Shown here one piece after another: positions 39,441 to 49,603 of a stretch of 64,000 nt of DNA. The notes under the pieces are model-generated. The model saw only the letters and a list, made by a program, of their open reading frames with translations. It searched no databases and was not told where the DNA came from. Origin of the DNA: Acidimicrobiia bacterium (GTDB lineage: Bacteria > Actinomycetota > Acidimicrobiia > IMCC26256 > JAENVU01); the NCBI GenBank assembly GCA_025361725.1, contig JANYJV010000010.1, positions 6,541 through 70,540 of the forward strand. The letters run 5' to 3'. The stretch's first letter is position 1, and every line of letters begins with the position of its first letter. Made by a program: the position numbers and the translations under genes.

Positions 39441-40277
39441 TCAGTCGAAGGGCGGCAGGGAGGGGAGGTCGCCGGCGAGGAGCTCGTCGACGCGGACCCG
39501 GAGCGCGGTGGCGTAACCGTCGCCCGTGAGTTGCAGATAGCGGTTCGAGCGCACCGCGTCCACCACCATCGCGGCGGCCTGCGCCGGCGGCATCCCTCGA
39601 TCGGTGTTCTCGTCGAGCATGCGGTCGACGAACTCGGATTCCGGGCTCATCTCGGTCGCCGTCGCGGCGGGCCGGTTCCGATCCGAGGACGCAATCCCCG
39701 TCTTGACCGCGCCGGGGCACAATGCCGTCACCCCAATGGGTGCGCCCGCCGAGGCCAGCTCGCCGGCCAGGCATTCGGTCAGCCCGAGCGCGGCGAACTT
39801 CGAGGCGGTGTAGGGCGCGGAGTACGCCGAGGCGAAGAGACCTGCGGCGGAAATCGTGTTCACGATGTGACCCGGCCGGCCGCGCTCGATCATCCCCGGG
39901 ACGAAGGCCTGGATCCCATGCAGGATCCCGTAGAAGTTCACCCCCATCACCCATTCGAAATCGGCGACGGGCCGGTCCCAGGTGAGGCCGCCGGCGAACA
40001 CCCCCGCGTTGTTGCACACGACGTCCGCACCGTCGAACTCGCGCTCGACGCGCGCCGCGAACTCGTGCACCGCGTTCGCGTTGGAAACGTCGACCGTGAC
40101 TGCAATCACCGTCGCGCCGGTCGAACGGAGTTGGGCTTCGGTGTCGTGCAGCGCGTCGGCCTGCACATCGGCGATGGCCACCCGCATCCCAACGGCAGCG
40201 AACGCGTGGGCGAGTGCTTGCCCGATCCCACTTCCCGCGCCGGTCACGACGGCACACTTGCCGTTGAGCTGATCCAT
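39441..40277 (-). CDS. Short-chain dehydrogenase/reductase
   Basis: TGAGSGIG, NNAG, YTASK. Confidence 0.93.
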   Translation of the reverse strand: MDQLNGKCAVVTGAGSGIGQALAHAFAAVGMRVAIADVQADALHDTEAQLRSTGATVIAVTVDVSNANAVHEFAARVEREFDGADVVCNNAGVFAGGLTWDRPVADFEWVMGVNFYGILHGIQAFVPGMIERGRPGHIVNTISAAGLFASAYSAPYTASKFAALGLTECLAGELASAGAPIGVTALCPGAVKTGIASSDRNRPAATATEMSPESEFVDRMLDENTDRGMPPAQAAAMVVDAVRSNRYLQLTGDGYATALRVRVDELLAGDLPSLPPFD

Positions 40278-40320
40278 GCGCGCAGGCTAGGTGCCGCGCA
40301 ACACCGCTAACTTCGACACC

Positions 40321-41175
40321 ATGCGCGTATCGATCGGAAACACCCGCCTCTTCGTCGACGTCGAGGGACTCGGTCTCGTCCCCGACGGCGCGACCATGCG
40401 CGCCAAACCGACCCTGATCCTGCTCCACGGCGGTCCCGGGTTCGACCATTCGAGTTTCAAACCGCATTGGTCCCAGTTCACCGACATCGCGCAGGTCGTG
40501 TACTACGACCATCGGGGCCAAGGTCGCAGCGATCGTTCGGATCCCGAAACGTGGAACCTTGAGCAATGGGCCGCCGATCTGGTTGCGCTCTGTGACGCGC
40601 TCGAGATCGTCGACCCCATCGTTTGCGGCGTGTCATTCGGCGGGATGGTCGCCCTCCAGTACCTCGTCGATCACCCGACGCACGCGAGTCGGGTGATCCT
40701 CGATTCCACAACGGCCCGCTCTGATCCGGCGCTGATGCTCCCGGTGTTCGAACGACTCGGCGGCCCGGCCGCACGAGATGCGGCGGAAACGTTCTGGGCC
40801 GAACCCACTCCCCAAGCCATGAAGCAATATTTCGAACTCTGCATGCCGCTCTACAGCCGTACGACCGCGCCCGACGCCGCCGACCGCATGCACCGCCAGA
40901 TCGAAGTCGCGAACTACGCCCTGTTCGGCCAGTGGAGTCGAGGCGAACAACGAACCTTCGATCTCACCGCTCGCCTCTCCCAGGTGCAACGGCCCGTGTT
41001 GCTCCTGGCCGGGGAGGACGATCCGGTCTGTCCCGTCGACGGAGCCGAAGTCATCGCGGCCGGGATCCCGCACGCACGCTTCGAGCGGTTCGACGACTGC
41101 GGCCATGGAGTCTGGCGCGACCAGCCTGACCAGGCCTTCCATCTGATTCGGGATTTCATACTCGGCCGAGCCTGA
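40321..41175 (+). CDS. Alpha/beta hydrolase (proline iminopeptidase-like)
   Basis: HGGPG, DHRGQGRS, GVSFGG, GEDD, CGH. Confidence 0.9.
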   Translation: MRVSIGNTRLFVDVEGLGLVPDGATMRAKPTLILLHGGPGFDHSSFKPHWSQFTDIAQVVYYDHRGQGRSDRSDPETWNLEQWAADLVALCDALEIVDPIVCGVSFGGMVALQYLVDHPTHASRVILDSTTARSDPALMLPVFERLGGPAARDAAETFWAEPTPQAMKQYFELCMPLYSRTTAPDAADRMHRQIEVANYALFGQWSRGEQRTFDLTARLSQVQRPVLLLAGEDDPVCPVDGAEVIAAGIPHARFERFDDCGHGVWRDQPDQAFHLIRDFILGRA

Positions 41176-41176
41176 A

Positions 41177-41237
41177 CCCCACACTCCGGCGTCGCTCAGG
41201 CCGACCCAAGCGGCGCTGGTGACGCCAGACGGTGGGG
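41177..41237. repeat. Palindromic REP-like element, family A
   Basis: Near-identical to 14850-14909; lies between convergent genes. Confidence 0.85.
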
Positions 41238-41245
41238 TGAGAGGG

Positions 41246-43084
41246 TCAGGCGGTGCGGTCCATGGCGTGGGAATCCCAGGCCGCGAAGAGACGGGCGTAA
41301 CGACCGCGGCGTGCCAGCAACTCGTCGTGGGTTCCGACCTCGAGCAGGCCGCCCTGGTCGACGACCGCGACCCGGTCACACCGCTGCGCGGTCGACAGGC
41401 GGTGCGCGACCACCACAACGGTGCGACCGTCGGTGAGGCGATCGAGTGCCCGCTCGACCGCGTGCTCGGTCCCGGGATCGAGATTCGAAGTGGCTTCGTC
41501 GAGGACGAGGACCGCCGGGTCCGCGAGCGCAGCACGCGCCAGCGACACGAGCTGCTTCTCGCCCGCCGACAGCCGCGATCCGCGCTCACGCACTTCGGTC
41601 TCGAGACCATCCGGGAAGGCCGCAAACGTCGCGGTCAGCCCGAGCGCCTCAACTGCGGCTTCCACCTCGGCGTCCGTGGCGCCGTCTCGCCCGACGCGCA
41701 CGTTGTCACGGATCGTTCCGGCGAAGAGGAAACCCTCTTGCGGGACCACCACGATCGTGTGGCGGAGGCTCGCCAACGTGGCGTTGCGCAGATCGACGCC
41801 GCCGTAACTCACCGTGCCGTCGCGCGGGTCGTAGAAGCGCGCCATCAACTTCGCCAAGGTGGACTTGCCGGCGCCGGTCGGGCCTACCAGCGCCACCCGC
41901 TCCCCCGCACCCACGGTGATCGAGACATCGTGCAGGACTTCGGGGCCAAGCGGATGGACCACGCCGTCCGTGTCCGGCACGTCGGTGCCGTAGGAGAACG
42001 CGAGTCCGGTGACCGCGAGATCGCCACGATCAGGGAGATCGACTGCGCCCGGCTTCTCGTCGACGGACACCTCGGTGTCGAGCAGGAGAAACAGTTTGTG
42101 GAGCGCCGCGCCCGACGACTGCACCGTGTTGTAGAGCTGGCTCAGTTGCTGGATCGGCTCGAACAAGTTGTTGAGGTAGAGGACGAACGCGAGCACCGTC
42201 CCCACGGTCACGGCGCGGCTATCGACGAGCACGCCCCCGAGCCCGACGATCACCGCGATGCCGATGACACCAGTGAACTCGACGAACGGGAAGTACTTCG
42301 CCGAGATTCGGACCGTCTCGAGGTTCGCTTCGAACTGGTTCTCGTTCGTGGTCCCGAAGCGCCGGATCCAGCCGCGCTCGCGCCCGAACGCCTGCACGAC
42401 TCGGACCCCTTCGAGACCCTCTTGCAACGTCGAGAGGGTCTCGCCGATGCGTTCACGAACTTCGAGGTACGCCGCGTTCGACCGGCGCCGGAACCAACGA
42501 CTCGCGATTAGGACCGGCGGGACGATCACCAGGACCCCAAGGCTCAGCTGCCAGCTCATCGTGCTCACGACGATGATGGCGCCGATGAAGATCAGGAAAT
42601 TCTGCACGAACATCACCAGGCCCTGGCTGATGAGTTCCTGCAGCGCATCGATGTCCGACGTCATGCGCGCCACGAGGCGGCCAGTCTTCTCGCGGTCATA
42701 GAAGTCCAGCGAGAGCGCCATGAGGTGGCGGAAGACTCGTTCCCGCAAAGCCCGGAGGAATCGTTCCCCGGTTCGGCTGACCAGCCAGATCACCAGCCGA
42801 CCGAGCGCGAGTCCCAGAATCGCGACCACCAAATACGCGACGGCGATCCGATTCAACGCCGCACCGTCGTGGGCGACCAAGCCTTGGTCGACGCCGGCAC
42901 GCACCAGGGCCGGTCCCGCGAGCAGGCAAGCGGTCTGTCCGATCAGGACGACGGTCGCCACGATGATCTGGCGTCGGTAGGGGGCCAGCATGACGCTGAG
43001 GCGGCGCAGGACCTGATGCGCCGCGGCGCGGTCCAGCTTGGTGTCGTCGTCGACCGCGTTGTTCCCGATCATGCCGCCTCTCAC
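41246..43084 (-). CDS. ABC exporter half-transporter (TMD+NBD), subunit 2
   Basis: GPTGAGKS, LSAGE signature, LVLDEAT, AHRL. Confidence 0.93.
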   Translation of the reverse strand: MRGGMIGNNAVDDDTKLDRAAAHQVLRRLSVMLAPYRRQIIVATVVLIGQTACLLAGPALVRAGVDQGLVAHDGAALNRIAVAYLVVAILGLALGRLVIWLVSRTGERFLRALRERVFRHLMALSLDFYDREKTGRLVARMTSDIDALQELISQGLVMFVQNFLIFIGAIIVVSTMSWQLSLGVLVIVPPVLIASRWFRRRSNAAYLEVRERIGETLSTLQEGLEGVRVVQAFGRERGWIRRFGTTNENQFEANLETVRISAKYFPFVEFTGVIGIAVIVGLGGVLVDSRAVTVGTVLAFVLYLNNLFEPIQQLSQLYNTVQSSGAALHKLFLLLDTEVSVDEKPGAVDLPDRGDLAVTGLAFSYGTDVPDTDGVVHPLGPEVLHDVSITVGAGERVALVGPTGAGKSTLAKLMARFYDPRDGTVSYGGVDLRNATLASLRHTIVVVPQEGFLFAGTIRDNVRVGRDGATDAEVEAAVEALGLTATFAAFPDGLETEVRERGSRLSAGEKQLVSLARAALADPAVLVLDEATSNLDPGTEHAVERALDRLTDGRTVVVVAHRLSTAQRCDRVAVVDQGGLLEVGTHDELLARRGRYARLFAAWDSHAMDRTA

Positions 43085-44913
43085 GCGGTCACCTCCGGCA
43101 CCGCTCGGGTTGCTGAATCGTCGGCGCGGTCGACCGCCGATGGCGCTGCCCCGGCGGCGGCGAGCACCGAGCGGTATTCGTCGCTCGTGGCCAGCAACTC
43201 GTCGTGCGTACCCGTGGCGATCACGTGACCATCGCCGATCAGCACGACGCGGTCAGCCAACGCGATCGTCGCGGGCCGGTGGGCGATGATCAGCGTGGTC
43301 CGGCCGTCCATCACCTCGGCGAGCGCGGCGCGGATCTCGTGTTCCTTGGTGGGATCGACCGACGACGTTGCGTCGTCGAGGATCAGGATCCGCGGGTCGG
43401 CCAACACGGCGCGTGCGATCGCGATGCGCTGGCGCTGGCCGCCGGAGAGTGAGAACCCGTGCTCACCGATCACGGTGTCGTAGCCGTTCGGCAGCGCGTC
43501 GATGAAGTCGGACGCGCCGGCGAGGCGCGCCGCCCGCTCCACCTGTTCGAACGGCGCATCCGGATCCGCGAACGCGATGTTCTCTCGCACCGTGTCCGAG
43601 AAGAGGAACGTCTCCTCGAACACGATGCCCACGGCGCCGCGGAGTTCGTCCACCGCCAACTTCCGAACGTCGACTCCGTCGAGGAGGATCTGACCCGCGT
43701 CGACGTCGTAGAAGCGCGGCACCAGACGAGCGACGGTGCTCTTTCCCGAACCGGTCGCGCCGACGATCGCGACCGCCTCGCCGCCTGCGACCTCGAGATC
43801 GAGACCGTCGAGCACGGATCGACCCGGGCCGTACCCGAAGCGGACCCCCTCGAAGCGCAACGCACCCGCGCCCGCGCCGAGCGGCTGCGCATCGGGCGCG
43901 TCGGTGATAGCGGGATCGGTGGCCAGGATCTCGTGCACTCGCCCCGCGCCCGCCGACGCTCGCGACGCCTGCGCCACGAGCATCCCCATCATGCGCATGG
44001 GCCAGATCAGCATCAGGATGTAGAGGTTGAACGCGAGGATGTCGCCCACTTGCAGGTGGCCGTTCAACACCTGGTGACCGCCGTACCAGAGGATCGCCAC
44101 CATCGAGACCGTCGGCAGGAAATCGACGAGCGGCATGAAGCCGGCGCGCAGTCGCGCCGCGGCGAGCGACCGGTCGAGGACCGAGTCGGCCTCCGCCTGT
44201 AGCCGGCGAACCTGTTGCTGCTCGGCGCCGAAGCCCTTCACGACTCGGATGCCGGAGAGGCTCTCCTCGACGACGCCGGACACGTCCGCGAGTTCCTCCT
44301 GCAACGCGAGATTGACCGGCGCGATCCGATGCGAGAACCGGGTGGCCGCAACGTTGAGGAACGGCAGGGCACCCAGCGCGAGGACGGCGAGCACCACGTC
44401 TTTGGTCAGCATGATGACGAGCACACCACTCATCGTGAGCAGACTCGCGATCGTCAACGGGATGAGGATCACAACGGTCTGCACTTGTTGAATATCGGTG
44501 TTGGCGCGCGCCATGAGTTGACCGGTCTGGGCCTCGTCGTGGAACGCGAAGTGCAAGCGCTGAAGGTGGGCGAACAGCCGGTGTCGAAGATCGGTTTCTG
44601 TCCGGAGCGCGATGCGGAACGCCGCGTACCGGCGGAGCCCGGTACAGATGGCCTGCACGATGCCGATCGCCATCATCACGATGGTCAGACGGATGACCTT
44701 GCCCTGATCTCCGTGACGCATGCCGTCGTCGATAGCGGCGGCCGCCAGCAGAGGGATCGTGAGCTTGGCCGCGGTCCAGATCACTCCGGCGGCAACACCA
44801 CCGACCACCCACGATCGCTGCGTGGCGATCGAACGACGCATGAGCCGCCAACCGTCGCGACGGCGCGCGTGGTCACGCTCAGCTTGGTCGGCAGTATTGA
44901 CTCGGGACTCCAC
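43081..44913 (-). CDS. ABC exporter half-transporter (TMD+NBD), subunit 1
   Basis: GATGSGKS, LSGGQ, ILDDAT; 4-nt overlap with subunit 2. Confidence 0.93.
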   Translation of the reverse strand: MESRVNTADQAERDHARRRDGWRLMRRSIATQRSWVVGGVAAGVIWTAAKLTIPLLAAAAIDDGMRHGDQGKVIRLTIVMMAIGIVQAICTGLRRYAAFRIALRTETDLRHRLFAHLQRLHFAFHDEAQTGQLMARANTDIQQVQTVVILIPLTIASLLTMSGVLVIMLTKDVVLAVLALGALPFLNVAATRFSHRIAPVNLALQEELADVSGVVEESLSGIRVVKGFGAEQQQVRRLQAEADSVLDRSLAAARLRAGFMPLVDFLPTVSMVAILWYGGHQVLNGHLQVGDILAFNLYILMLIWPMRMMGMLVAQASRASAGAGRVHEILATDPAITDAPDAQPLGAGAGALRFEGVRFGYGPGRSVLDGLDLEVAGGEAVAIVGATGSGKSTVARLVPRFYDVDAGQILLDGVDVRKLAVDELRGAVGIVFEETFLFSDTVRENIAFADPDAPFEQVERAARLAGASDFIDALPNGYDTVIGEHGFSLSGGQRQRIAIARAVLADPRILILDDATSSVDPTKEHEIRAALAEVMDGRTTLIIAHRPATIALADRVVLIGDGHVIATGTHDELLATSDEYRSVLAAAGAAPSAVDRADDSATRAVPEVTA

Positions 44914-44973
44914 GGAGATTCGAGGGTACCCCCGAAGCTCGCGAAGCCACGATGAGATTGCTGCGATCGATCA

Positions 44974-44997
44974 CGCCGCGGACTCCGGTCCGCGGCG
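44974..44997 (-). terminator. 10-bp-stem hairpin downstream of the FtsH-like gene
   Basis: CGCCGCGGAC-TCCG-GTCCGCGGCG. Confidence 0.5.
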
Positions 44998-45036
44998 AGC
45001 GACCGCCAGATGCCCCAAGTCTCAGATGCGCTCGTC

Positions 45037-46851
45037 TCAGATGTCGGCGACGGTCTTGGCGAGCCGAGCTTCTTCGAGCACGCCGGTGATCTCGTCGCCC
45101 ACCAGTTCGTCGCGGACCAGCAACTCGTCACGCAATGCCTCGACGAGGTGCCGGTTCTCGTCGAGCAGCTCCCGCACGGCCTCCTTCGACCGATCCAGGA
45201 TGCGCTCGACCTCCACGCGGGCGCGCTCGTCGCCGAGCACCCGAGTGACCAGTCCGCTGTCCAGGGGACCTCCGCCCGATGCCTGAAAGCTGACGAGCGA
45301 GCCGGCCATGCCGAGCGCTCCCACCATCGTGGCGGCGATAATGGTCGCCTGCATGAGGTCCGAGCCCGGCCCGGTACCCGACTCGCCGAACCACAGTTCT
45401 TCTGCCGCCATGCCGCCGAACGCGATCTGGATCTGCGACAGCAGCTCGGTCCGATTACGCAGGAAGCGCTCCTCGGTATCGGAGTGTGCCAACAGGCCGA
45501 GCGACCCGCGACGGCGGACGATCGAGAGCACTTCGAGCTTGCGTCCGACCCCCACGAGGTGAGCAACGACTGCGTGACCAGCCTCGTGCGTGGCGATGAT
45601 GCGTCGCTCCTCATCCGTGTACTCGATGGGATTCGCGAGCCCGACTTCCTCGGTCAGCTTGGCCTTCTGAATGTCGTCCCATTCCATCGCGCCGCGGCCG
45701 GCACGCAGTGACCACACCAGCGCCTCGTCGAAGAGGTGCTCGATCATGACGGGCGAATAGCCGATCGTGACCGCCGCGAGCTGGTCCCGACGCTCGTCTT
45801 TGTCCAACTCCGGAACGTGGGCCTTCTTGTCGAGGTAGTGATCGATGATCTCGCGCCGACCGGAGCGGCTCGGAAGATCGAAGTGGATCGAGCGGTCGAA
45901 CCGGCCGGGACGCAGCAGCGCCGGGTCGAGCGCCGACGCGCGGTTGGTGGCGCCGATGATCAAGATGTTCGAGGACACCGGCGGACGCTTCTTGATCTCC
46001 CACCGCGCCGGCAGCATCCGGTTGACCTTGCTGATGAACCAACCCTGCAACTTCTCGCCGCGGGTCGGCTCGTCGAAGGACTGCAGCTGGATGAGCAGCT
46101 CGTTGATCACGCCGGCGAAGCCCTCGCCGAGACCGCGGTTGATCGTGCGGACGTCATGGCGGGCTTCGGGGTCCTTCATGCCGGCCCGGGCCACCGCAAT
46201 CGCGTCGATCTCCTCGATGAACCCGATGGCACCACCCTCGCGGCGAGCCGCCTTGCGCAGGTCCTTGAAGAACGTGGCGATCTTGCGGTTCGTCTGGCCG
46301 AAGTACGGCGACTGGATCGAGCTCGCAGCGACGAAATGGAACGGCACCCCGGCCTCTCGCGCCATGGCCTTGGCCATGAACGTCTTGCCGGTACCCGGAG
46401 GACCCTCGAACAGGATCGCGCGCCGCGGAGTCCCGCCCATCGTGTCGTGGAAGGTCTTGTACGCGAGGAAGAGGTTCAGCGTCTTGATGACCTCGTCCTT
46501 GACCATCCCGAGCCCGACGACATCGTCGAGCTTCACGGGGATCTCACTCGGCCGATACACGGTGTGAGGTGAGCGACCCATCAGCATCATCGGGACGACC
46601 AGGACGCTGCCGAGGATCAGCACGAGGACCAACGACGGCAGCATGCCCTGCCACTCGGGCGGCAGGTTCAGATTTGGGAGGCCCCACACCACAGGGTGCC
46701 CGCCGAGCAGTCGGGCCAACGGGTAATCGAGGAGCAGCGCCAACACGATCGCCATGCGGACGAGGCGCCGACGCCGGCCCGCCTCTCGCACCCGGGCAAC
46801 ATCGCCTTGCGCGCCGACAACCTTCTCGCCACCGAGGAGTCCGAGATCCAT
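45037..46851 (-). CDS. FtsH-like membrane AAA+ ATPase / M41 zinc protease (divergent paralogue)
   Basis: N-terminal hydrophobic segments, GPPGTGKT, FIEEIDA, ATNR..LDPALLRPGRFD, HEAGH, GGMAAEE, SDL. Confidence 0.9.
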   Translation of the reverse strand: MDLGLLGGEKVVGAQGDVARVREAGRRRRLVRMAIVLALLLDYPLARLLGGHPVVWGLPNLNLPPEWQGMLPSLVLVLILGSVLVVPMMLMGRSPHTVYRPSEIPVKLDDVVGLGMVKDEVIKTLNLFLAYKTFHDTMGGTPRRAILFEGPPGTGKTFMAKAMAREAGVPFHFVAASSIQSPYFGQTNRKIATFFKDLRKAARREGGAIGFIEEIDAIAVARAGMKDPEARHDVRTINRGLGEGFAGVINELLIQLQSFDEPTRGEKLQGWFISKVNRMLPARWEIKKRPPVSSNILIIGATNRASALDPALLRPGRFDRSIHFDLPSRSGRREIIDHYLDKKAHVPELDKDERRDQLAAVTIGYSPVMIEHLFDEALVWSLRAGRGAMEWDDIQKAKLTEEVGLANPIEYTDEERRIIATHEAGHAVVAHLVGVGRKLEVLSIVRRRGSLGLLAHSDTEERFLRNRTELLSQIQIAFGGMAAEELWFGESGTGPGSDLMQATIIAATMVGALGMAGSLVSFQASGGGPLDSGLVTRVLGDERARVEVERILDRSKEAVRELLDENRHLVEALRDELLVRDELVGDEITGVLEEARLAKTVADI

Positions 46852-46993
46852 AGTTTTCGTGTCCCAACGCCGAGATCGATCCGTGTGTCAATCACCCTAC
46901 GTGGCAGAACTTTCGATCGCTATCACCCATAGTGGGGAGATCGCGGCTTCCGCGGCCGCTGAGCTGGCCTCGATGCGACGGTAGGGTCGAGCG

Positions 46994-47389
46994 ATGCGGC
47001 TCGTCGACGTTCGCGCGAGCCGATTCGAGCAGGCGATCGTCGTGGTGATCCTCCTGGCTGGATTCGTGTTCCGCCAGCCCTGGTGCATCCCGATCGCCGC
47101 GGTCGTCGCCGCCTCGGTTTTGGTGCTCGGTGAGCGTTCGCCGGTCGCCCGGTTCTGGCATCGGGTCATCGAGCCCCGACGGCCGGCCGCGACCAACTTC
47201 GAGCCCCGTCCCACCGCCCAGACCCAGGCGCTGCTCCTGACCGTGGGCTTGGTGCTCGCAACAGTGGTGTGGAGTGCTGGATCCGTCGGGCTGGCGTCGA
47301 TCGTCGCGGCGGTGGCCGCAGTGGTGGCCGCACTCGGCGCCACCGGCGTGGTCAACCTCGCCGCCGAACTCCGCCGCCGTCGCGGCTGA
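46994..47389 (+). CDS. Small membrane protein, DUF4395-like
   Basis: VDVRASRFEQA, FEPRPTAQT, four hydrophobic segments; TAGGGT 6 nt upstream. Confidence 0.65.
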   Translation: MRLVDVRASRFEQAIVVVILLAGFVFRQPWCIPIAAVVAASVLVLGERSPVARFWHRVIEPRRPAATNFEPRPTAQTQALLLTVGLVLATVVWSAGSVGLASIVAAVAAVVAALGATGVVNLAAELRRRRG

Positions 47390-47415
47390 GCGCCACCGGG
47401 CTCGCCTGCGCCGTG

Positions 47416-47955
47416 CTACTCGGGGACCAGATGCGCCGGAATGTCCGCGACCAGCGGGTTGGCGCGATCGCGGTCGGAAAGGATCGGGGCGTCGCCGGGC
47501 CAGTCCACGCCGAGCGCGGGATCGTCCCACGCGACACCGAGCTCGTCCGCCGGGTTGTAGTAGTTGTCGACGAGGTAGGTGATGGTGGCGTCGGTGATGG
47601 CGTAGAACCCGTGCGCCACACCACGCGGGATGTACAGGCCGCGGTGCACCACCGCGTCGAGGTCCACGGTGAGCGAAGTCCCGCGCGTCGGCGAGGACAC
47701 GCGCAAGTCGTGCAGCACCGCGAGGACGCGGCCGAACGGCACGTACCAGTAGTCGGCTTGGAACCGGTGGTAGTGCAAACCGACAAGCGTGTTCGCCGAG
47801 CGGTCGGCACGATTGCCCTGCACCATCGTCGGCGACCCCTCGGGCAGCCACTCCTGGCGAAAGGTCTCTGCGAAGAAGCCCCGAGGGTCTTTCCAGAGCG
47901 TCGGCTCGACGATCACAACGCCGCCGATCACATCGGACGGCATGACATCGGCCAC
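47416..47955 (-). CDS. rmlC: dTDP-4-dehydrorhamnose 3,5-epimerase family protein
   Basis: DPRGFFAETF, GLHYH, DLRVSSPT, IPRGVAHGF, WDDPALGVDWP, ILSDRD. Confidence 0.88.
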   Translation of the reverse strand: MADVMPSDVIGGVVIVEPTLWKDPRGFFAETFRQEWLPEGSPTMVQGNRADRSANTLVGLHYHRFQADYWYVPFGRVLAVLHDLRVSSPTRGTSLTVDLDAVVHRGLYIPRGVAHGFYAITDATITYLVDNYYNPADELGVAWDDPALGVDWPGDAPILSDRDRANPLVADIPAHLVPE

Positions 47956-47958
47956 GAG

Positions 47959-48456
47959 TTACTCGCTTCCAAGGAGTCGGCCGTATCGGCCCTGATAAAA
48001 GAGGAGTGGGCCGGCGTCGGCACTGAGACCGAGTTCCTGCACCCGTCCGACGACGATGAGATGGTCGCCGGCATCGTGTTCGGCTTCGATGGTGCAGTCG
48101 AGGTACGCGTGCACGTCTTCGAGGATCGGGCCCTGGGTGCCGAGCCGCCAACCAATTTGACCGAACCGATCCGCGCCCGGCTTCGCGAAGAGTTGACTCA
48201 CGTGCTCTTGGTGCTCGTCGAGCACGTTGACGGTGAAGTGGCCGGCGCGCTGAATCCGGGGCCAGGTACTCGACGTCTTGGCCGGGCAGAACAACACGAG
48301 CGGCGGATCGAGTGACACAGAGGAGAACGAGTTCGCGGCGAGACCGACGGGCTCGTCGCCATCCATCGCGGTGATGACCGTGATGCCGGTGGCGAAATGG
48401 CCGAGGACGGCACGAAACGACGCAGAGTCGGGCTTGAGGACGTCGTCATCGGACAT
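47959..48456 (-). CDS. Flavin reductase (HpaC/DIM6-NTAB family)
   Basis: FATGITVIT, SFSSVSLDPPL, AGDH, PLLFY. Confidence 0.92.
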   Translation of the reverse strand: MSDDDVLKPDSASFRAVLGHFATGITVITAMDGDEPVGLAANSFSSVSLDPPLVLFCPAKTSSTWPRIQRAGHFTVNVLDEHQEHVSQLFAKPGADRFGQIGWRLGTQGPILEDVHAYLDCTIEAEHDAGDHLIVVGRVQELGLSADAGPLLFYQGRYGRLLGSE

Positions 48457-48474
48457 GGGTGGCTCCGCGATGGA

Positions 48475-49347
48475 TCAGGTGGGCGGGAAGCGCAGGACCA
48501 TACCCTCAGACGCCGCGATGACATCGGCTCCGTTCAACTGATCCGAAACGTCGCGCGCATCTCGCAACATCACGTCGACGTCGTCGTCGCTGTGGCCAGG
48601 ATCGTGGTGGAAGAGGGCAACGGTTCGAGACCCTGCCTGCTTCGCCACGTGCACCGCGTACTCCGCCGTGCAGTGACCCCAATGGCGCTTCTGCTCAAAC
48701 TCGGCCGGCGTGTGTTGCGCGTCGTGAATCAGCAAATCCACCCCGTCGCACAGCTCAAGGACCTCACGGGGTACGTGATCATCGGCGTGCCCGAGCCCAC
48801 ACCCCTGACCGTGATCGGCGAGGTACGCAACCGAGATTCCGTCCCATTCCACGCGATATCCGAGGGTCGGGCCGACGTGACGGATCCAGCGAGACCGCAC
48901 CTTGGCCGTACCGACCGCGAAGTCGTCGTCGCCGGCATCCTGGAAATTGACGGTGCCGTTGAGCTGATCGGGCCGAATCGGAAAGTACGGCGGCCGCATC
49001 ATTCCGGCGAACACCTCACCGATCGGGCCTTCGTTCTGGCGAGGCCCGTAGATCTCCACGAACGCATCGGGATGGTGGAGCGGGACGAAGAACGGCAGAC
49101 CCTGCACGTGATCCCAGTGCAAGTGACTCAACAACACCGATGCCTGAAAGCCATCGGCCCGGCCCTCGTTGGCAAGAGCCGTTCCGTAGTTCCGCAGACC
49201 GGTGCCGAGGTCGAACACGATCGGCGGCTCGCCGGGACGTTCCACGGAGACACACGACGTATTCCCGCCGTAGCGCGCGAGATAGTCACCGTCGCAGGGC
49301 GTCGAACCGCGCACGCCATGAAAAGTCACTGTGAGGTCCCCCGTCAC
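48475..49347 (-). CDS. MBL-fold metallo-hydrolase
   Basis: GVRGS, GGNTSC, DLGTG, SHLHWDH, HDAQH, WGH, FHHDP. Confidence 0.9.
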   Translation of the reverse strand: MTGDLTVTFHGVRGSTPCDGDYLARYGGNTSCVSVERPGEPPIVFDLGTGLRNYGTALANEGRADGFQASVLLSHLHWDHVQGLPFFVPLHHPDAFVEIYGPRQNEGPIGEVFAGMMRPPYFPIRPDQLNGTVNFQDAGDDDFAVGTAKVRSRWIRHVGPTLGYRVEWDGISVAYLADHGQGCGLGHADDHVPREVLELCDGVDLLIHDAQHTPAEFEQKRHWGHCTAEYAVHVAKQAGSRTVALFHHDPGHSDDDVDVMLRDARDVSDQLNGADVIAASEGMVLRFPPT

Positions 49348-49411
49348 GGCGGGGGACCTTAGCCACTAATTCACTCACCGAACAGACGCCGTTGTCACAA
49401 GGTTCAATGTT

Positions 49412-49600
49412 CCCGCTCATGCGACAGCGTCGCAGGCCGCTCGGGCCCCGGTTCGGGGGCGCGGACTGCCGGAAGCGCGTGCCGTGCGTCCCTCACCTTC
49501 GGTCCAGCTCATGCGACAGCGTCGAAGCGAGCCCACGGCAGATCTGAGCACCGAGATGGCGAGAGAAGGCGCCGAAGTGACGGTCGCAAGAGCGGGAAAC
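49412..49600. repeat. Repeat family C, rearranged copy
   Basis: Shares GCTCATGCGACAGCG, GGCCGCTCGGGCCCCGG, CCCTCACCTTCGG and CGAAGCGAGCCCACGGCA with 58583-58902. Confidence 0.85.
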
Positions 49601-49603
49601 CCG

